Notes under the pieces: model-generated
Told to the model about the DNA's origin: nothing
The model's database searches: none
What the model saw: the letters and a program-made list of their open reading frames with translations, nothing else
Shown here: positions 1-16,550 of the stretch, in pieces
Layout of the letters: each line of letters opens with the position of its first letter
Position numbering within the stretch: the stretch's first letter is position 1
Assembly (NCBI RefSeq): GCF_009914755.1
Contig: NC_060934.1
DNA from: the human T2T-CHM13v2.0 reference genome, Homo sapiens
Length of the DNA stretch: 64,000 nt
Strand: one strand, 5' to 3'
Translations under genes and position numbers: made by a program

Positions 1-31
1 GATTACAGGCGGGAGCCACTGCACCCAGCCT
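1..31 (-). mobile_element. Alu 5' end, cut by window edge
   Basis: gattacaggc..gagccactgcacccagcc is the reverse complement of an Alu head. Confidence 0.9.
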
Positions 32-164
32 AAAGGAGAAAAATTCTCATTTTATGAAAACCAAATAAACCACAGTGGTTTTTCACCTCTCACCTAGTGA
101 GACAAAGTCCAGGTGGTAGCCTATGCTTGTCTTTATTCTCTACCCTCTCTCCTTCAATCTCTGA

Positions 165-493
<329 letters not shown>

Positions 494-509
494 TGAGCTA
501 TGGCTTCTT

Positions 510-685
510 AAGACCATGAGCTTTAAGGTCAGGCTGCCTGGCTTCAAATCAATATTTTGCTGCTTATAAGCTCTGTGTCCTTAGACAAAGTATTTAGTCT
601 TTCTAATCCTCAGTTTCTTCAAATGCAAAATGGGGAAAATAGTAATATCTATGGCTTGGGTTGCTATGAAGATTAAATGAGCTGT
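510..685 (+). mobile_element. MIR
   Basis: cctcagtttcttcaaatgcaaaatgggg..gaagattaaatgag core. Confidence 0.75.
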
Positions 686-692
686 TATTATA

Positions 693-974
693 ATTTTTTT
701 CTTTTTCACTCTGTCACCGAGGCTGGAGTGCAGTGGTACAATTAGCTTCTACCTCCTGAGCTCAAGTGATCCTTCTATCTCAGCCTCCTGAGTAGCTGAG
801 ACCACAAGTGTGTGCCACCATGGCCAGCTAATTTTTAGAAATTTTTTTGTAGAGATGAAGTCTCCATATGTTGCCCAGACTGGTCTCAAACTCCTGGACT
901 CAAGTGATACTCCTGCCTCAGCCTCCCAAAGTGCTGAGATTACAGGTGTGAGCCACCACACCACCACACCCAGC
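693..974 (-). mobile_element. AluJ-like
   Basis: Diverged Alu reverse complement with gctcaagtgatcc. Confidence 0.9.
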
Positions 975-995
975 TTATGATAGCCTGTTATAATT

Positions 996-1319
996 CTTTT
1001 TTTTCTTTTTTCTTTTTCTTTTTTTTTTTTTTTTGAGACAGGGTCTCACTCCATTGCGCAGGCTGGAGTGCAGTACACAGCTCACTGCAGTCTTGACGTC
1101 ATGGACTCAGGTGATCTTCCTATCCCAGCCTTCTGGGTAGCTGGGACTACAGGTGTGCACCATCATGCCCAGCTAATTTTTCATATTTTTTGTAGAGACA
1201 AGGTTTCACCATGTTGTTCAGGCTCATCTCAAACTCCGGGGCTCAAGTGATCCCCCTCCCTCTGCCTCCCAAAGTGCTGGGATTACAGTTATGCGGTTAT
1301 GAGCCACCATACCCAGCCC
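996..1319 (-). mobile_element. AluJ-like
   Basis: Poly-T tail, gagacagggtctcact, full dimer. Confidence 0.9.
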
Positions 1320-1599
1320 GCAATTCTTAAAATACCAACATTATCCTCCCTGAAGTCTGTACCATTTAGCTGTTTCCTATTGGATCCTAGGCAGGACTTT
1401 GGGACCAGGTCGTGCTGTGAGAAAAGGTGCAGGAACAGTGTCAGAGTTGGGATAGTGTCAGCCAGAGGAAAAGCAGGTGATCTCTCAAGTAATAGTTAAA
1501 GAAGACCTCAGATTCCTGTTAACTGCAGCCAACCTCTACCAAGAATAAGGGCATCACATCCTCAGACTTTACAGATCTAATTTTTCTCCTTCATGGATG

Positions 1600-1740
1600 G
1601 AGGAATAGCAGAAAGAACATGGGTTCTGGTATGAGACTGATGGTTCAAAGTCCAATTCTGATCCTTCATAACACTTTGACCTCTCAGAACCTTAGTTTCC
1701 TCATGTGTAAAATGGGGATGACATTACCAACTTCAGTAAG
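1600..1740 (+). mobile_element. MIR fragment
   Basis: cttagtttcctcatgtgtaaaatgggg. Confidence 0.65.
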
Positions 1741-2059
1741 AAAAATCACTTAGAATAGTAACTACTCAGGTCATCATTCAACACAGATATTTTGAGCCTA
1801 GTCTGTTACAAGCCTTCTGACACGTGGCAGGGTGAACAGTATACTCATGCACTCTACCATCATGGACCTTAGACTAATGAGGAAGGGAGCTATCGCACAA
1901 CAGATTCTAGCAAAACATGGTGAGTAATTTGATAGGGGAAGTAAAAGGAACTCAGGATCTTATAAAGGGAGGTTTAAAACGTAAGTTAGGCATTTAGAAG
2001 ATGAGTAAACAAAGAGGAGAAGTTGAAGGACTGATAAGGAGCCCAGAGTGAAATTGAGG

Positions 2060-2820
<761 letters not shown>

Positions 2821-4366
2821 TAGACAAGAGAAGAATAGTTTGAGAAATAGGAAGCAAGTACAATAGTATCTGATGATATCAACATGTCAAGCAAAACAAG
2901 GACAAGAAGTTTCCTTTGGATTTGGCAATATGAAGATAATTTGTGACCCGGGCAAGATAAGTTTCAGTAGTAGGGAGTGGGGTGACAAGGAGAACTCTAT
3001 GCAAGCTTGTACGGCACAAGTAAGTGAGCAGAGGACCCGCTTGATTGTGTTTGAGGGACGCAAGCAATACATAGTCTCTGTCATCAGAGTGGGATTGTAT
3101 TTTGTAAGATCTTAAGCATTCTGTGTTATTGTCCCACTATCCATCAAAACATTTCCCCCAAATCCTTTAACTGTTTGGGTTCTGGGCTGTCCTGTAGGTT
3201 TAACTATAAAAAGTACAGTGTTTCAAGTAAACTGTGTAAGAAGCTTCCGTCACAGTTGACCAGTTGGATTAAGTTTTGGCCTTTTTCCCACTAATATAGT
3301 TACTGCTTCCTAACATTCTGGGGACAGGGAGTCTCATAGCCCTTAGAGAATTAGCTTAAAACCATGAACCCTTTCCCTTGGAGAGAAAATGCCCCCAAAT
3401 TCTGTACACATTTCTGAGGCTTCATGATCACTATGCAGCTGGCCTCACAGATTACCTGGGACACTGCCCAAGCTTGCCATCATTTATAAGCTCTAGTGAA
3501 TCAAAATTTCCTTAACTGGGGTCTTGTTCCAATGAATGAAGGATTCCAACTCATCAAACTAGCTCTCTCTTCCCGCCAGTAGCTCCTAGAATTCCAGCTT
3601 TCTCCTTCAGCCTTCAGGGGTTGATCAAGGTGGAGTTTGTTGCCTTCTCACCCTGTCAAAACACCCACACCAGCCTCACCTCTCTCTGCTTCTCTTCCCA
3701 GTTCCTCCTCCACCAAGCACAAATCTCCAGCCCTGGCCCTAGTAAAGGCCATGAATGTAAAAGGTGTTTATGGTCATACTCTCACTCACTCATCTCTTCA
3801 TTCTTGGGATTCTACCTGCAGAGTGAGGCACAGTTCTCAGACACCTGTCCCATACAACCCTGGAAACCACACTCAGGAATTGGGAGGTGAAGACATGCAA
3901 GTCCAGGATGTGACCTGCCACTAACACATTCCCTACCTGTGGCCTGAATTTTTCCCATCATGCTCCTCCTTCAGTATAAAATAATTCACTTGTCCCGAAG
4001 TGCTGGTTTCAGCCCAGCTGAGAGATTTGCTGGTGAGGAATGGAGTGATGTAAAATCTGAGTGCAGCTCTGGCCCTCTGATCTGGAGTAAAACAACTTTG
4101 CCCTAATGGTATGCCTCCCACCTGAGCTCAAGTAAAGGGTCTAAAGTATTTTGTTTTGACCTCTGTTAACACTTATAATTATGTCCTGATTGTTTGCATG
4201 CCCACCAGTCATCCTCACTAGCTCCTTTGGGGTGTAACCATGGATAATTCACCCTCGTGTATTACAGATAATAACATTAACAAGAGTGAGTGTGGACTGA
4301 GATCTCTGCTCTCTCCCAACCCTATGCAACACTATCTATTACTAACCTCTCTTAAGTTTTTTTTAA

Positions 4367-4651
4367 CTTTTTTTTTTTTAATCAAAGTCTCGCTCTGTTG
4401 CCCAGGCTAGAGTGCAGTGATGCAATCTCGGCTCACTGAAACCTCTGCCTTCCAGGTTCAAGTGATTCTCCTCCCTCAGGCTCCCAAGTAGCTGGGGTTA
4501 CAGGTGCACACAACCATGCCTGGGTAATTTCTGTATTTTTAGTAGAGATGGGGTTTCATTATGTTGGCCAGGCTGGTCTCGACCTCCTGACCTCAAGTGA
4601 TCTGCCCGCCTCTGCCTCCCAAAGTGCTAGTGTGAGCCACCACACCCAGCC
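4367..4651 (-). mobile_element. AluS-like
   Basis: Alu reverse complement with poly-T. Confidence 0.93.
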
Positions 4652-4654
4652 TTA

Positions 4655-5505
4655 AACTTTTCATTCTGTACTAATTTTGCAATTCTTCTGCAATACTAAT
4701 ATTGCAAAATTAGTGCAAAAATTCCCATATATCCTTTACCCAGCCCCTGCCCAAATGTTAACATCTTGCACAACCACAATAAAATAGTCAAAATCAGAAA
4801 ATTAACACCAAGGCAATACTTAACTCTATGGAACTAATAACTAACTATATCTAATAATAGCTAATCTCATTCAAATTTCACCAATTATACCACTGCTGGA
4901 CTTTTTCTGGTCCAGAATCCAGGGTTTCATGTTGCATTCAGCTGACATGTCTCCAGTTTGCTTTCATCTGAGGTAGTTTGTCTTTAACACTTTTGAAGAG
5001 TATTGGCCAGTTAGTGATTTATAGAATGTCCCTTCTTTGGATTTGTCTGATGTTTCTTCAGGATTAGAATCAGGTTATGCATTTTTGGCAAGAATACCAC
5101 AAAAGAAATGCTGTGCCTTTTTCAGTGCATCATATCAGGAGGTACATGATGTCAATATACAATGATGTCATTACTGGGAATGTCAACTTTGATCACTTGA
5201 TGAAGGTGGTATACACCACCTTTCTTCACTATAAAGTTACTCTTTTCCCCTTTGTAACTGATAAGTATCTTGTGGGGAAATTCTTTGAGACTATGTAAAT
5301 ATCCTCTTTCTCATCATACTTTTCCCACTAATTTTAACATCTATCAGTGATCCTTTCTTGAAAACAATCATGACTGGGGTGTTTGCCAAATGCTGATTCT
5401 CTATTTCCATATTTCTTTCTCCATTGAAAACTGGAATTCTGTAAGGAAGAGGTTTTCTCCTCTCCTTTTTGCTTACTTATTTATTGACATCAGTATACAT
5501 TCATA
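4655..5505 (-). mobile_element. L1M (L1MC-like) 3' UTR fragment
   Basis: cccaaatgttaacatcttgca..gcatttttggcaagaataccac..tttgagactatgtaaatatcct. Confidence 0.7.
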
Positions 5506-5698
5506 GAATATTAACCCCATTTTTTCATTGAGAAAACTGAGGCTGAAAGATGGATAATATGGTACCCACAGCCACAAAGCTAGGATGAAGGAGAGCCAGG
5601 ATTTAGTCTTGCGCCACCTAAGTGCTTAACTGATACTTCTTCATGACAATGCAAATTTTGTAACTTAGCACGGTTACCTCTTTGCTTTGATTACCAGG

Positions 5699-6057
5699 TG
5701 ATATAGTTTGGCTGTGTCCCCACCCAAATCTTACCTCCAATTGTGATAATCCCCACGTGTCAAGGGTGGGGCCAGGTGGAGATCATTGACTCATGGGGGC
5801 GGTTTCTCTCATACTGTTCTTGTGATAGTGAATAAGTCTCATGAGATCTGATGGTTTTATACATGGGAGTTCCCCTAAATAAGCTCTCTTGCCTGCCACC
5901 ATGTAAGATGTGACTTTGCTCCTCTGCATTCACCTTCCACCATAATTGTGAGGCCTCCCCAGCCATGTGGAACTGTGAGTCAATTAAGCCTCTTTCCTTT
6001 ATAAATTACTGAGTCTTGGGTATGTCTTTATTAGCAACGTAAGAACAGACTAATACA
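5699..6057 (+). mobile_element. THE1 solo LTR (MaLR)
   Basis: tgatatagtttggctgtgtccccacccaaatc..gactaataca; exact 5-bp TSD ccagg (5694-5698, 6058-6062). Confidence 0.93.
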
Positions 6058-6799
6058 CCAGGAAATTCAAATTTAAGACTACCTTCAGTAATACTGCCAG
6101 TTCGTACAACATGCAAATTTTGCTACTACATTCTCTTATTATTGTATCCTGTTTCTCTCTTGTGCCCATGTCATTATCTGTGTTTTATTTTCTCAATCAT
6201 ATTTGTATTTTTTTAAATCACCTGAAATCTTTTTAGGGGAGAAAACAAATAATAAATAAACATATCTCTGAGGCTAGGACACGATAGGTTGCTTATTATT
6301 ACTTGATGTGAATCACTTTGATTGCTGAAATGCTGAAAGATTGTTTCTTGACAATGGTGGCCACAAGTGGTCCTTAAGACTTGTCCACAAGGACAAATTC
6401 ACAGAACATGTAGAGACACATACCTTCTTTCTGTGGCTCCTAATAAATGAGTGTGCCCAGATGGGGTTATCAGAGGATGTAATGATGACAGCCAGGTACC
6501 AAGTGCTGAATGCCTAAAGTTGATATATGGAGGAAGGAACATTTTTAATGATGTCTCAACCATCTTTAAGATGGAACCCAAATGGCTTGTTCTGGGACAC
6601 TGTTTGGAGATTAAAGAGACTGAGGGGGGCAAGCAGTGAGCTCTCTGAGACTGCAAGTATTCGAGCAGACCAGACACAAGGGCTTTTGCAGGGCGTGCCA
6701 ATGTCACTTGGAAGATGTGGATGGTGGAACTCTGTGCTTTGCTTTCCAGGCTCCATTTTCCCTCCTTCTGGGAAGCAGGTCTAAAGTCTGGAATGCTTC

Positions 6800-7262
6800 T
6801 CTCCTCCACTGTGACTGTATAGTTAGGGTAAGCTGAATTCACCCACAGCTCCAGGTCTTTAAGCCAATACGTTTCACCTGTCCCCACCCATAATGTCTGG
6901 TTCAGGTATCTGCAGGTAACAACCCAGAGTCAGAGATGTGACAGCCAGCTTCTAGCACCTTCTAGGAAAGAGAAGCTCATCTCCTCCATGGAAGTTTATA
7001 GAAGAGGTATGCTGTCTTCCCCAGTGATGGAGGCTGTGAAGTAGGGAGCTATAGCAGCCTGATGATAGAGTCAGCCTGAGGCTAAGCCAGACAATGGGAG
7101 CTAAGAAATGGAACTATGGTCTGAGCTGTGGCTCTCGCTCCATCAGAAGCCAGATATCTCCTGCATCTCCTGGACGGTGACAAGACCCAGCAGTTTGCCA
7201 TTCTTTATTAAAACAGTTTGGTTAGAGGCTTTGATCATTTGCAACTGAAAGAATCATAAATG
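6800..7262 (+). mobile_element. Old MaLR/ERVL LTR (MLT1-like)
   Basis: 3' end cagtttggttagaggctttgatcatttgcaactgaaagaatc resembles MLT1K/L termini. Confidence 0.5.
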
Positions 7263-7299
7263 TTAAAACTAGATGGACTAAAAATCAGATTTAGTTTTA

Positions 7300-9051
<1,752 letters not shown>

Positions 9052-9082
9052 TTTAAACTGTGCTCTCTTGCTCTTGGTCAAA

Positions 9083-9084
<2 letters not shown>

Positions 9085-9120
<36 letters not shown>
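9085..9120. repeat. (TG)n microsatellite
   Basis: ~18 perfect GT units. Confidence 0.97.
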
Positions 9121-9122
<2 letters not shown>

Positions 9123-9139
9123 ATGTGCTGTGGACATGT

Positions 9140-9950
9140 GCTGTGAAGTCACTGAAAATTATTTTTTCTCTGACAGCATTCCTTTAGGGACAATCTGTCC
9201 CCCATTCTATAATAATCCCATTGGGTCCATGCAGTTCGGATGGGTCTGACCCTAAACCAGCAGGCACAATACCCAATTTGGCCAATCAGATTCCTCTCAC
9301 CATTTATTTTTCAGTCACCAGAAAAGATGGTATGATTTCCCACTGGGTTTTTAAGCAAGAAAGGTACAAGCCTTCTACTGCTGGTGGTCTCTTTGCCACC
9401 AGGCAGAGAGAGCCTGCCTGAGAAGAAGCAATTCAGAGGAAAGTGCAACCGGGGCATGAAGAGAAGTGGGTTCTCTTCATGGACCACTGGGCCACTGCAC
9501 CTGGCCCAGTTTAAGCTCTTCAATCCACTCAAACAAACACATTAATTGGGATTGTTAATTGCATTTATGGCAACCAAATATCTTACTCTGTTACAGACTG
9601 GAGTCAGCAGGAAAGATCAGCTCTGCCATTTGAAACACCCAACTGCTACCTTCTCTCAGAAATCAAAAGGCAAGTTACCTTCCTTTTGTTAATCATCTCT
9701 TTTCTTACAAGATTTCACCTTTTGTTTTTCTGCACTTTACAAAAAAAAGTTTAAAGTTTCAGTCCAATCCAAAAAAAAAGCAGCCCTAGGATGCTAGTCC
9801 TACTAGCATCACTTGAGCTCCTGGATACAGCTGTGCCTGAAGTATACATTGGGACTCTCAATTACCTGAGCCAATCATTATGTCTCCTTTTCTGCATAAG
9901 GCAATAAGAATTGGGTTTGTATCACTTAACTGAAAAAATTCTAGCTAACG
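9140..9950 (+). mobile_element. MLT1J/K/L-like LTR split by a templated insertion at 9471-9797
   Basis: gagagcctgcctgaga..|..ttgagctcctggatacagctgtgcctgaag..gggtttgtatcactt. Confidence 0.65.
9491..9742 (-). repeat. Inverted repeat arm B (inserted copy)
   Basis: Reverse complement of 8521-8772, including 16 nt of Alu head. Confidence 0.97.
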
Positions 9951-10096
9951 CAGGCAATTGAGGCAACATTTTTGGCCCTTCTTCTATTCTTCTCCACAAT
10001 GCCAATGAGAAAGGTAGGCAACACAATGAAGTTCGGGAGCAGGAAAAGGACGAGCCACCATAAAAGAGAGTGCAGCCCTTTTATCAAGACGATAGG

Positions 10097-10380
10097 GGCC
10101 TGATGTAGTGGCTCACACCTCTAATTCCAGCACCTTGGGAGGCTCTGGTGGGAGGATCACCTGAGGCCAAGAGCTTGAGACCACTACCAGCAACATAGCA
10201 AGACTGTCTCCAAAAAAAATTGAACCAGGACTGGTGGTGTGCACCTGCCTGTAGTCCTAGATATTCTGGAAGCTGAGATGAGAAGATTGCTTGAGCCCAG
10301 GAGTTTGAGGTTACAGTGAGCTATGATTGTACCACTGCACTCCAGCCTGGGCAACAGAGTGAGACCTTGTCTCTAAAAAA
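10097..10380 (+). mobile_element. AluJ-like
   Basis: gagcccaggagtttgaggttacagtgagctatgat. Confidence 0.9.
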
Positions 10381-10800
10381 GACAGTGGGGCTGTGATGAG
10401 GAGATGTGGCCTGGTGCTGAGCCCTGCAGATCTCCAGCATCCATCACATTTAACTGGGGAGACCGCAGGGCTTTACTGCAGAGCTTGTAGCCTCCATCAA
10501 AAGGAAGTCAGGGTTTCAGAGAGTCCTCCAAATCAAGCAGTGTACTGGCTTGGACTGGGGAAAGTGACAACCTACTCAAAAGGAAAAGCTCCCTGAGCCT
10601 AAACAGTCCTTGGGATTTGCAATGGGTCATTGTGAGGACATTGAGTGATGTCGAGGTACCCCGTGTATTGTGGTGTTGGGTTCATGGAGGTTCACCGTGA
10701 TGATTCAGTGCAGCCTCGTCTTATTTGCTGGCTAGGTACTAAAACCAGTTTTAAGGTCAGCATCACAGATGGAGTAACGTGGAACTGCCACTAGTCTCTA

Positions 10801-10998
10801 CAGGGCTTTGGCACAAATTGGAAAAAGGTACCGCCTTTGGATAGACAAATTAGAAAAAGGTATCTCTTCTAGACAGAAGACTGCAGCAGAGTGCAGGGCT
10901 TGGAAAGAGTACTTCTAGCAGGAATTTAATTGCCATTTGTCCCCTTAGGCAGCACTTTGTGCAGTGCACAGACTGGACAATGGTATGTGGCAGCCCTG
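10801..10998. mobile_element. MER91-like hAT MITE
   Basis: cagggct...gtgcagtgcacagactggacaatggtatgtggcagccctg; termini caggg/ccctg. Confidence 0.6.
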
Positions 10999-10999
10999 A

Positions 11000-12243
<1,244 letters not shown>

Positions 12244-12350
12244 GGTCTAGTCATCCTGAAAATCCCGGAAATCATCCTTAAAGGGTGTGGTACTGCCATA
12301 TCGCAACAAATCCAGCACAACCTATTTTTCCTTTTTTTCTCAAGGGAAAC

Positions 12351-12426
12351 GGTTGCTCTTTCTTCAGTTGAGCCTGTGTGTGTGAGGGTTGCTCTTTCTT
12401 CAGTTGCGCCTGTGTGTGTGTGTGAG
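12351..12426. repeat. Tandem duplication, 36/40-bp unit
   Basis: ggttgctctttcttcagttg(a/c)gcc(tg)n ag twice. Confidence 0.9.
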
Positions 12427-12739
12427 GGCCACAAAATGCTGGCTCCCACCCTCAGTGTAGGAGCCATGGCTGAGAGGTGCATCCTATGGGAGGCCCTTCC
12501 AGAACACAGGCTTTCCCAGGGAAATGCCAGGTGCTACACCATTTACATTGTTCTGTGTGTGTGTGGCCATGTAGCTGAGTTTCTTATAACTTAAATTTTT
12601 ATATGCTGGGATTCTGCCATATATCCACTTATATACAGCAGTTCATTCTGTATCACTTCTATTACTTCTACCAACTCCAGAGCCACATGCTGTAACGGGC
12701 TCTCCCGCTTAGAATCACTAAGCATTAGCAATAGGAGTG

Positions 12740-13364
12740 TGGTCAATGAGATTATCATCCCAGTCCTTCCTTCTTTAGCATTATAATCCCCCTCTCATTG
12801 CTTCACCAGAGCACAGAACTTCTCTGTCCCTAAACATTGGGCTTGGCCGCTGATGTGGCCATGCAGACATGACAGGAGTTGTGGGCTAGCAGGAACAGAC
12901 ATAGACATGGAAATATGCATGCTGTGATGAATGACGCTGGCTTTATTCTGTGGGCAATGGTGAGCCATGAACAGTTTAGGGTTTCCAGCAGCATTACTGT
13001 GATTATGACATTGAGCAAACTTTCGCTCAGCTGTCAGAGAATTGGGTAAGACAGGTACTGTAATTTTTTTTTTTAGGACAGAAATGGGTTTGTGCATTTG
13101 GCTTGCTGTCTTTTCTTTCTGCCATATGCCATGAAAAGAGCATGCCCTAAGAAACCATTAAAGGAAGTTAAGAGACACAGGGAGAAAACCTCGACCTACC
13201 CTACTGTCTGAAATGAAGCCCAGTCAATCCATACCCTAAGACAGTGCTGCCTCAGCCAACTCATATAACCACGAGCTGGAAATGTATGCATTTTTGTTGT
13301 ATGCAACTGAGACTTAGGAGCCTTTTGTTATGCAGCATTGTGGAATAAAAACCTAACTGATACA
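12740..13364 (+). mobile_element. MLT1I/J-like LTR split by an inverted templated insertion
   Basis: gggcttggcc..|..tgccatgaaaagagcatgccc..ctaactgataca. Confidence 0.65.
12884..13057 (-). repeat. Inverted repeat arm (copy of 13800-13971)
   Basis: ~14 mismatches plus a 2-bp indel by hand alignment. Confidence 0.95.
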
Positions 13365-13471
13365 AAGGGGAAATGAAAGAGTTTCTAGTCCAACCCACTG
13401 ATTTTGTAGCTAAAATTATTTACTCTGTAATATATATATTGCTTAGACAGTTTCTGGTCTCAGTTCCATCA

Positions 13472-13794
<323 letters not shown>

Positions 13795-13799
13795 TACTA

Positions 13800-13971
13800 T
13801 ACCTGTCTTAACCAACTCTGATAGCTGTGCAAAAGTTTGCTCAGTGTCATAATCAAAATAATGCTGCTGGAAACCCTAAACTCTTCATGGCTCACCATTG
13901 CCCATAGAATAAAGCCAGTGTCATTCATCACAGCATGCAAATCTCCATGCCTATGTCTGTTCCTGCTGGCC
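13800..13971 (+). repeat. Inverted repeat arm (donor, MIR/L2 junction)
   Basis: Reverse complement of 12884-13057. Confidence 0.95.
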
Positions 13972-14370
13972 TGTAACCACTTTGTTTGTCCCCACACTCA
14001 CACTCTGTTGCTGCCATTTGAATTATTTGCCATTTCCCAAACTGTCTCTGATCTTCTCTCCATGGTTTTTCTCTCATTGGTCTCTTCCCTAACAAAGCCT
14101 TTCCCTGCCATCTCACCTTTTGGAAACCTTCATGGTGTAACTTAGATATCACATTCTCCAAATGGCTTCCCTAATCCCTTTAGCTGAAATTAAGACATAT
14201 TTCCTTCTGGATGCTTAATATATTTTACCTGCATTATAGGCATTGGGGCCAAGTCCATCAGCCACACTGAGTAAGAACAAGCTTTATGATTCCAGGGATC
14301 AGTGTTTGTTCATTTGCATCTCCCAAGGACCCTAGTCTATGAAGCACTGTGTCTGCTCAATGTGTGTTGA
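13840..14370 (+). mobile_element. L2 3' fragment
   Basis: catggctcaccattgcccatagaataaag..tgctcaatgtgtgttga. Confidence 0.6.
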
Positions 14371-14639
14371 TAATCAGATATCTTAGCTTCAAGAAGCACA
14401 GTCACTGTAGCACACTATGGTGGTGTATTTCTTCCATGTTCTAGTGTCCTCCACAGTAGATAAGCAATGGTACTGACCCACACGTGGATGATGAACTGAA
14501 TAGCTGCCATTATTGAGCACTTATTCTGGGACAGGATCTGCATTAGCATACTGCACATTTTGTCTAATTTAAATCTCTCCACAGCCCTCTTGGTTGTCTC
14601 CAGGATTTGTTTCATTTAACAGATGAGATACGGCAAGGA

Positions 14640-15025
14640 CTGTTATGCATCGTCCTTTTCTTCCTGAGCACCCAGCTAGAGCACACTTCCCAGATTCCCT
14701 TGTGGTTAGGTGAAACCATGTGACTGGTTCTGCCCAGTAGAATCCGAGGGGAAGTAGCATGTGCCATTTCCAACCCAGGCCCATAAAAACCTCCCCTGCA
14801 AAGCTCCTCGCTCCTGTTCTGCCAGTAGATGTAGAGGATCCAGCTAATGACCTTGAGGTCTAGAGGATGGTGGAGCCACCAAATGCAAAGAGCTTGGGTT
14901 CATGACACCTTCCAGAGGAGGTCACCTGCTGAGTACTCCTGTATTGAGCTGTAATATGATCATGAATTCAATTTCTATTGTGTTTAGCCATGGAGATTTT
15001 AGTATTTTTACTTGCAGCTGTTACA
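14640..15025 (+). mobile_element. LTR16-like ERVL LTR nested in a MIR (MIR about 14490-14630 and 15025-15155)
   Basis: cacttcccagattcccttgtggttaggtgaaaccatgtgactgg. Confidence 0.65.
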
Positions 15026-15782
15026 TGAGGAAACTGAGGTTCAGTTTAAATGACTTTAGGCTGATTATATAATAAGTTAGTCAGAGAGGGCTATGATTTA
15101 ACCCAAACCTAGCTGTCTCTGATTCCTGTGATTCTAATTACTACAATATACTGCCTCTTTGCTAAGGGAAAAAAAAAAAAAAAAGCAAGCAAATGAAAAC
15201 AAACTCCCTATGGGGGCAAACTCAGGATTTTCCAAACTGTGACTCCCCCTGGCTCTGGAATGTTGTACCCAGCAGAGTTTTGTGAGATTGCTGAATAGTT
15301 GCCTACTTTAAGGGAGTGGGGAGGCAGAGGGGAATGATGTGTGTTGATTCCCCACACACGCCAGGCACTTTACATACATGTTATTTCCCTTCACAGTAAC
15401 CCCTGGGACAGTATTAATGCCACTAATTTCCCCATTAAGGGGGAAAAAGATGTGTCAGTTGAGGGGTAACTGTTAAAAATGCATACCGCCAAAAGATGAA
15501 TTTCGGGCTCTGGTTGAGTTGGATTGAGGCTCTTTGTTTTTGGGGTTTGGCAAGGCTCTGAGAAGCTAAGCAACTTGCTCGTGTTTCTGTGGTGAGGAAG
15601 CCACAACACTGAGATTTGAATTTATCTCCCTCTGATTCCAAGTCTAGTGCTGCTTCTTTTCATTACCACCTCAAGGAAGATATCATTTCAGGGTCCGTTT
15701 CTTTTATTCCTTCACTAATTGATTCATTTAATCTTTATTGAGTGCCTACTATGGGCCAGGCACTCTGCTGGTCTCCAGGGAT

Positions 15783-15947
15783 CAGGGCCAGAAAGAGGGT
15801 GAGGCAGGAAGGGCACCCAAGGCACGGCATCTAAGGAGGCACTGGCTCTCAGGCACTCACCCTGAACTCCCACAGTCCTGAAGGTGAGCACCTTTTTAAA
15901 GTTTGTGCCATAGGCACTCGGTTGACCCCACCCTAGTCCCATCCCTG
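15783..15947. mobile_element. MER45A-like palindromic hAT MITE
   Basis: cagggcc..agggtgagg..aaggaggcact / gagcaccttttt..caccctagtcccatccctg. Confidence 0.75.
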
Positions 15948-16024
15948 AAGGAGTAGTGAGCAAACCAGACCTGCACTCTGCCCTCAGAGAGCTGACACTT
16001 CAGTAGCAGACATGCAAGCTAAGG

Positions 16025-16550
16025 AGATTCCAGTTACCACAGCAGATCACCCACAGCTTCCTCCTAGAAAACCACCATCACCTTATTATGCTCACAGAGT
16101 CTATGGTCAAGAGCTCAGACAGGCCCAGAGGGCATGGCTTGTCTCTGTTCCACATGTTTCGGGAATCGGCTAGAAGATGTGCAACTTAGGGGTGATGAGG
16201 ACAAGTGGGATCAACTGGAATCACCTGGAGCTTCATCACTCATGCATGTGGCATCTGGACTGTGATGAGTGGAGAGTCAGGCTAAGCTGGGACTGTGCAG
16301 TGGAGCACTGCATGTGGCCTCCCCAGGTGGCCCCAGCTTCTCACAGCCTAGTGGCTGTGTCCCCAGGGGACACATTTTGAAAGGGAGCACTGAGAGAATG
16401 AGGGGCAGAGTCACAAGGTTTCATTTATATCTCGTACCCAATTGGTCAAAGCAGTCACTAGTCTGCCCAGGTCCAAGAGGAGGGGACAAAGCCCCACATT
16501 TCGGTGGAAGGAATATCAAAGTATTGGTGACCATTTTTAAAATCATCACA
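16025..16550 (-). mobile_element. MLT1-family LTR
   Basis: ttattatgctcacaga..attggtcaaagcagtcac..ccatttttaaaatcatcaca. Confidence 0.7.

Noticed and set aside
6399-6887. 162-aa minus-strand ORF in semi-unique sequence
   Set aside because: Non-ATG start, partial LTR overlap, no recognisable homology or splice context.
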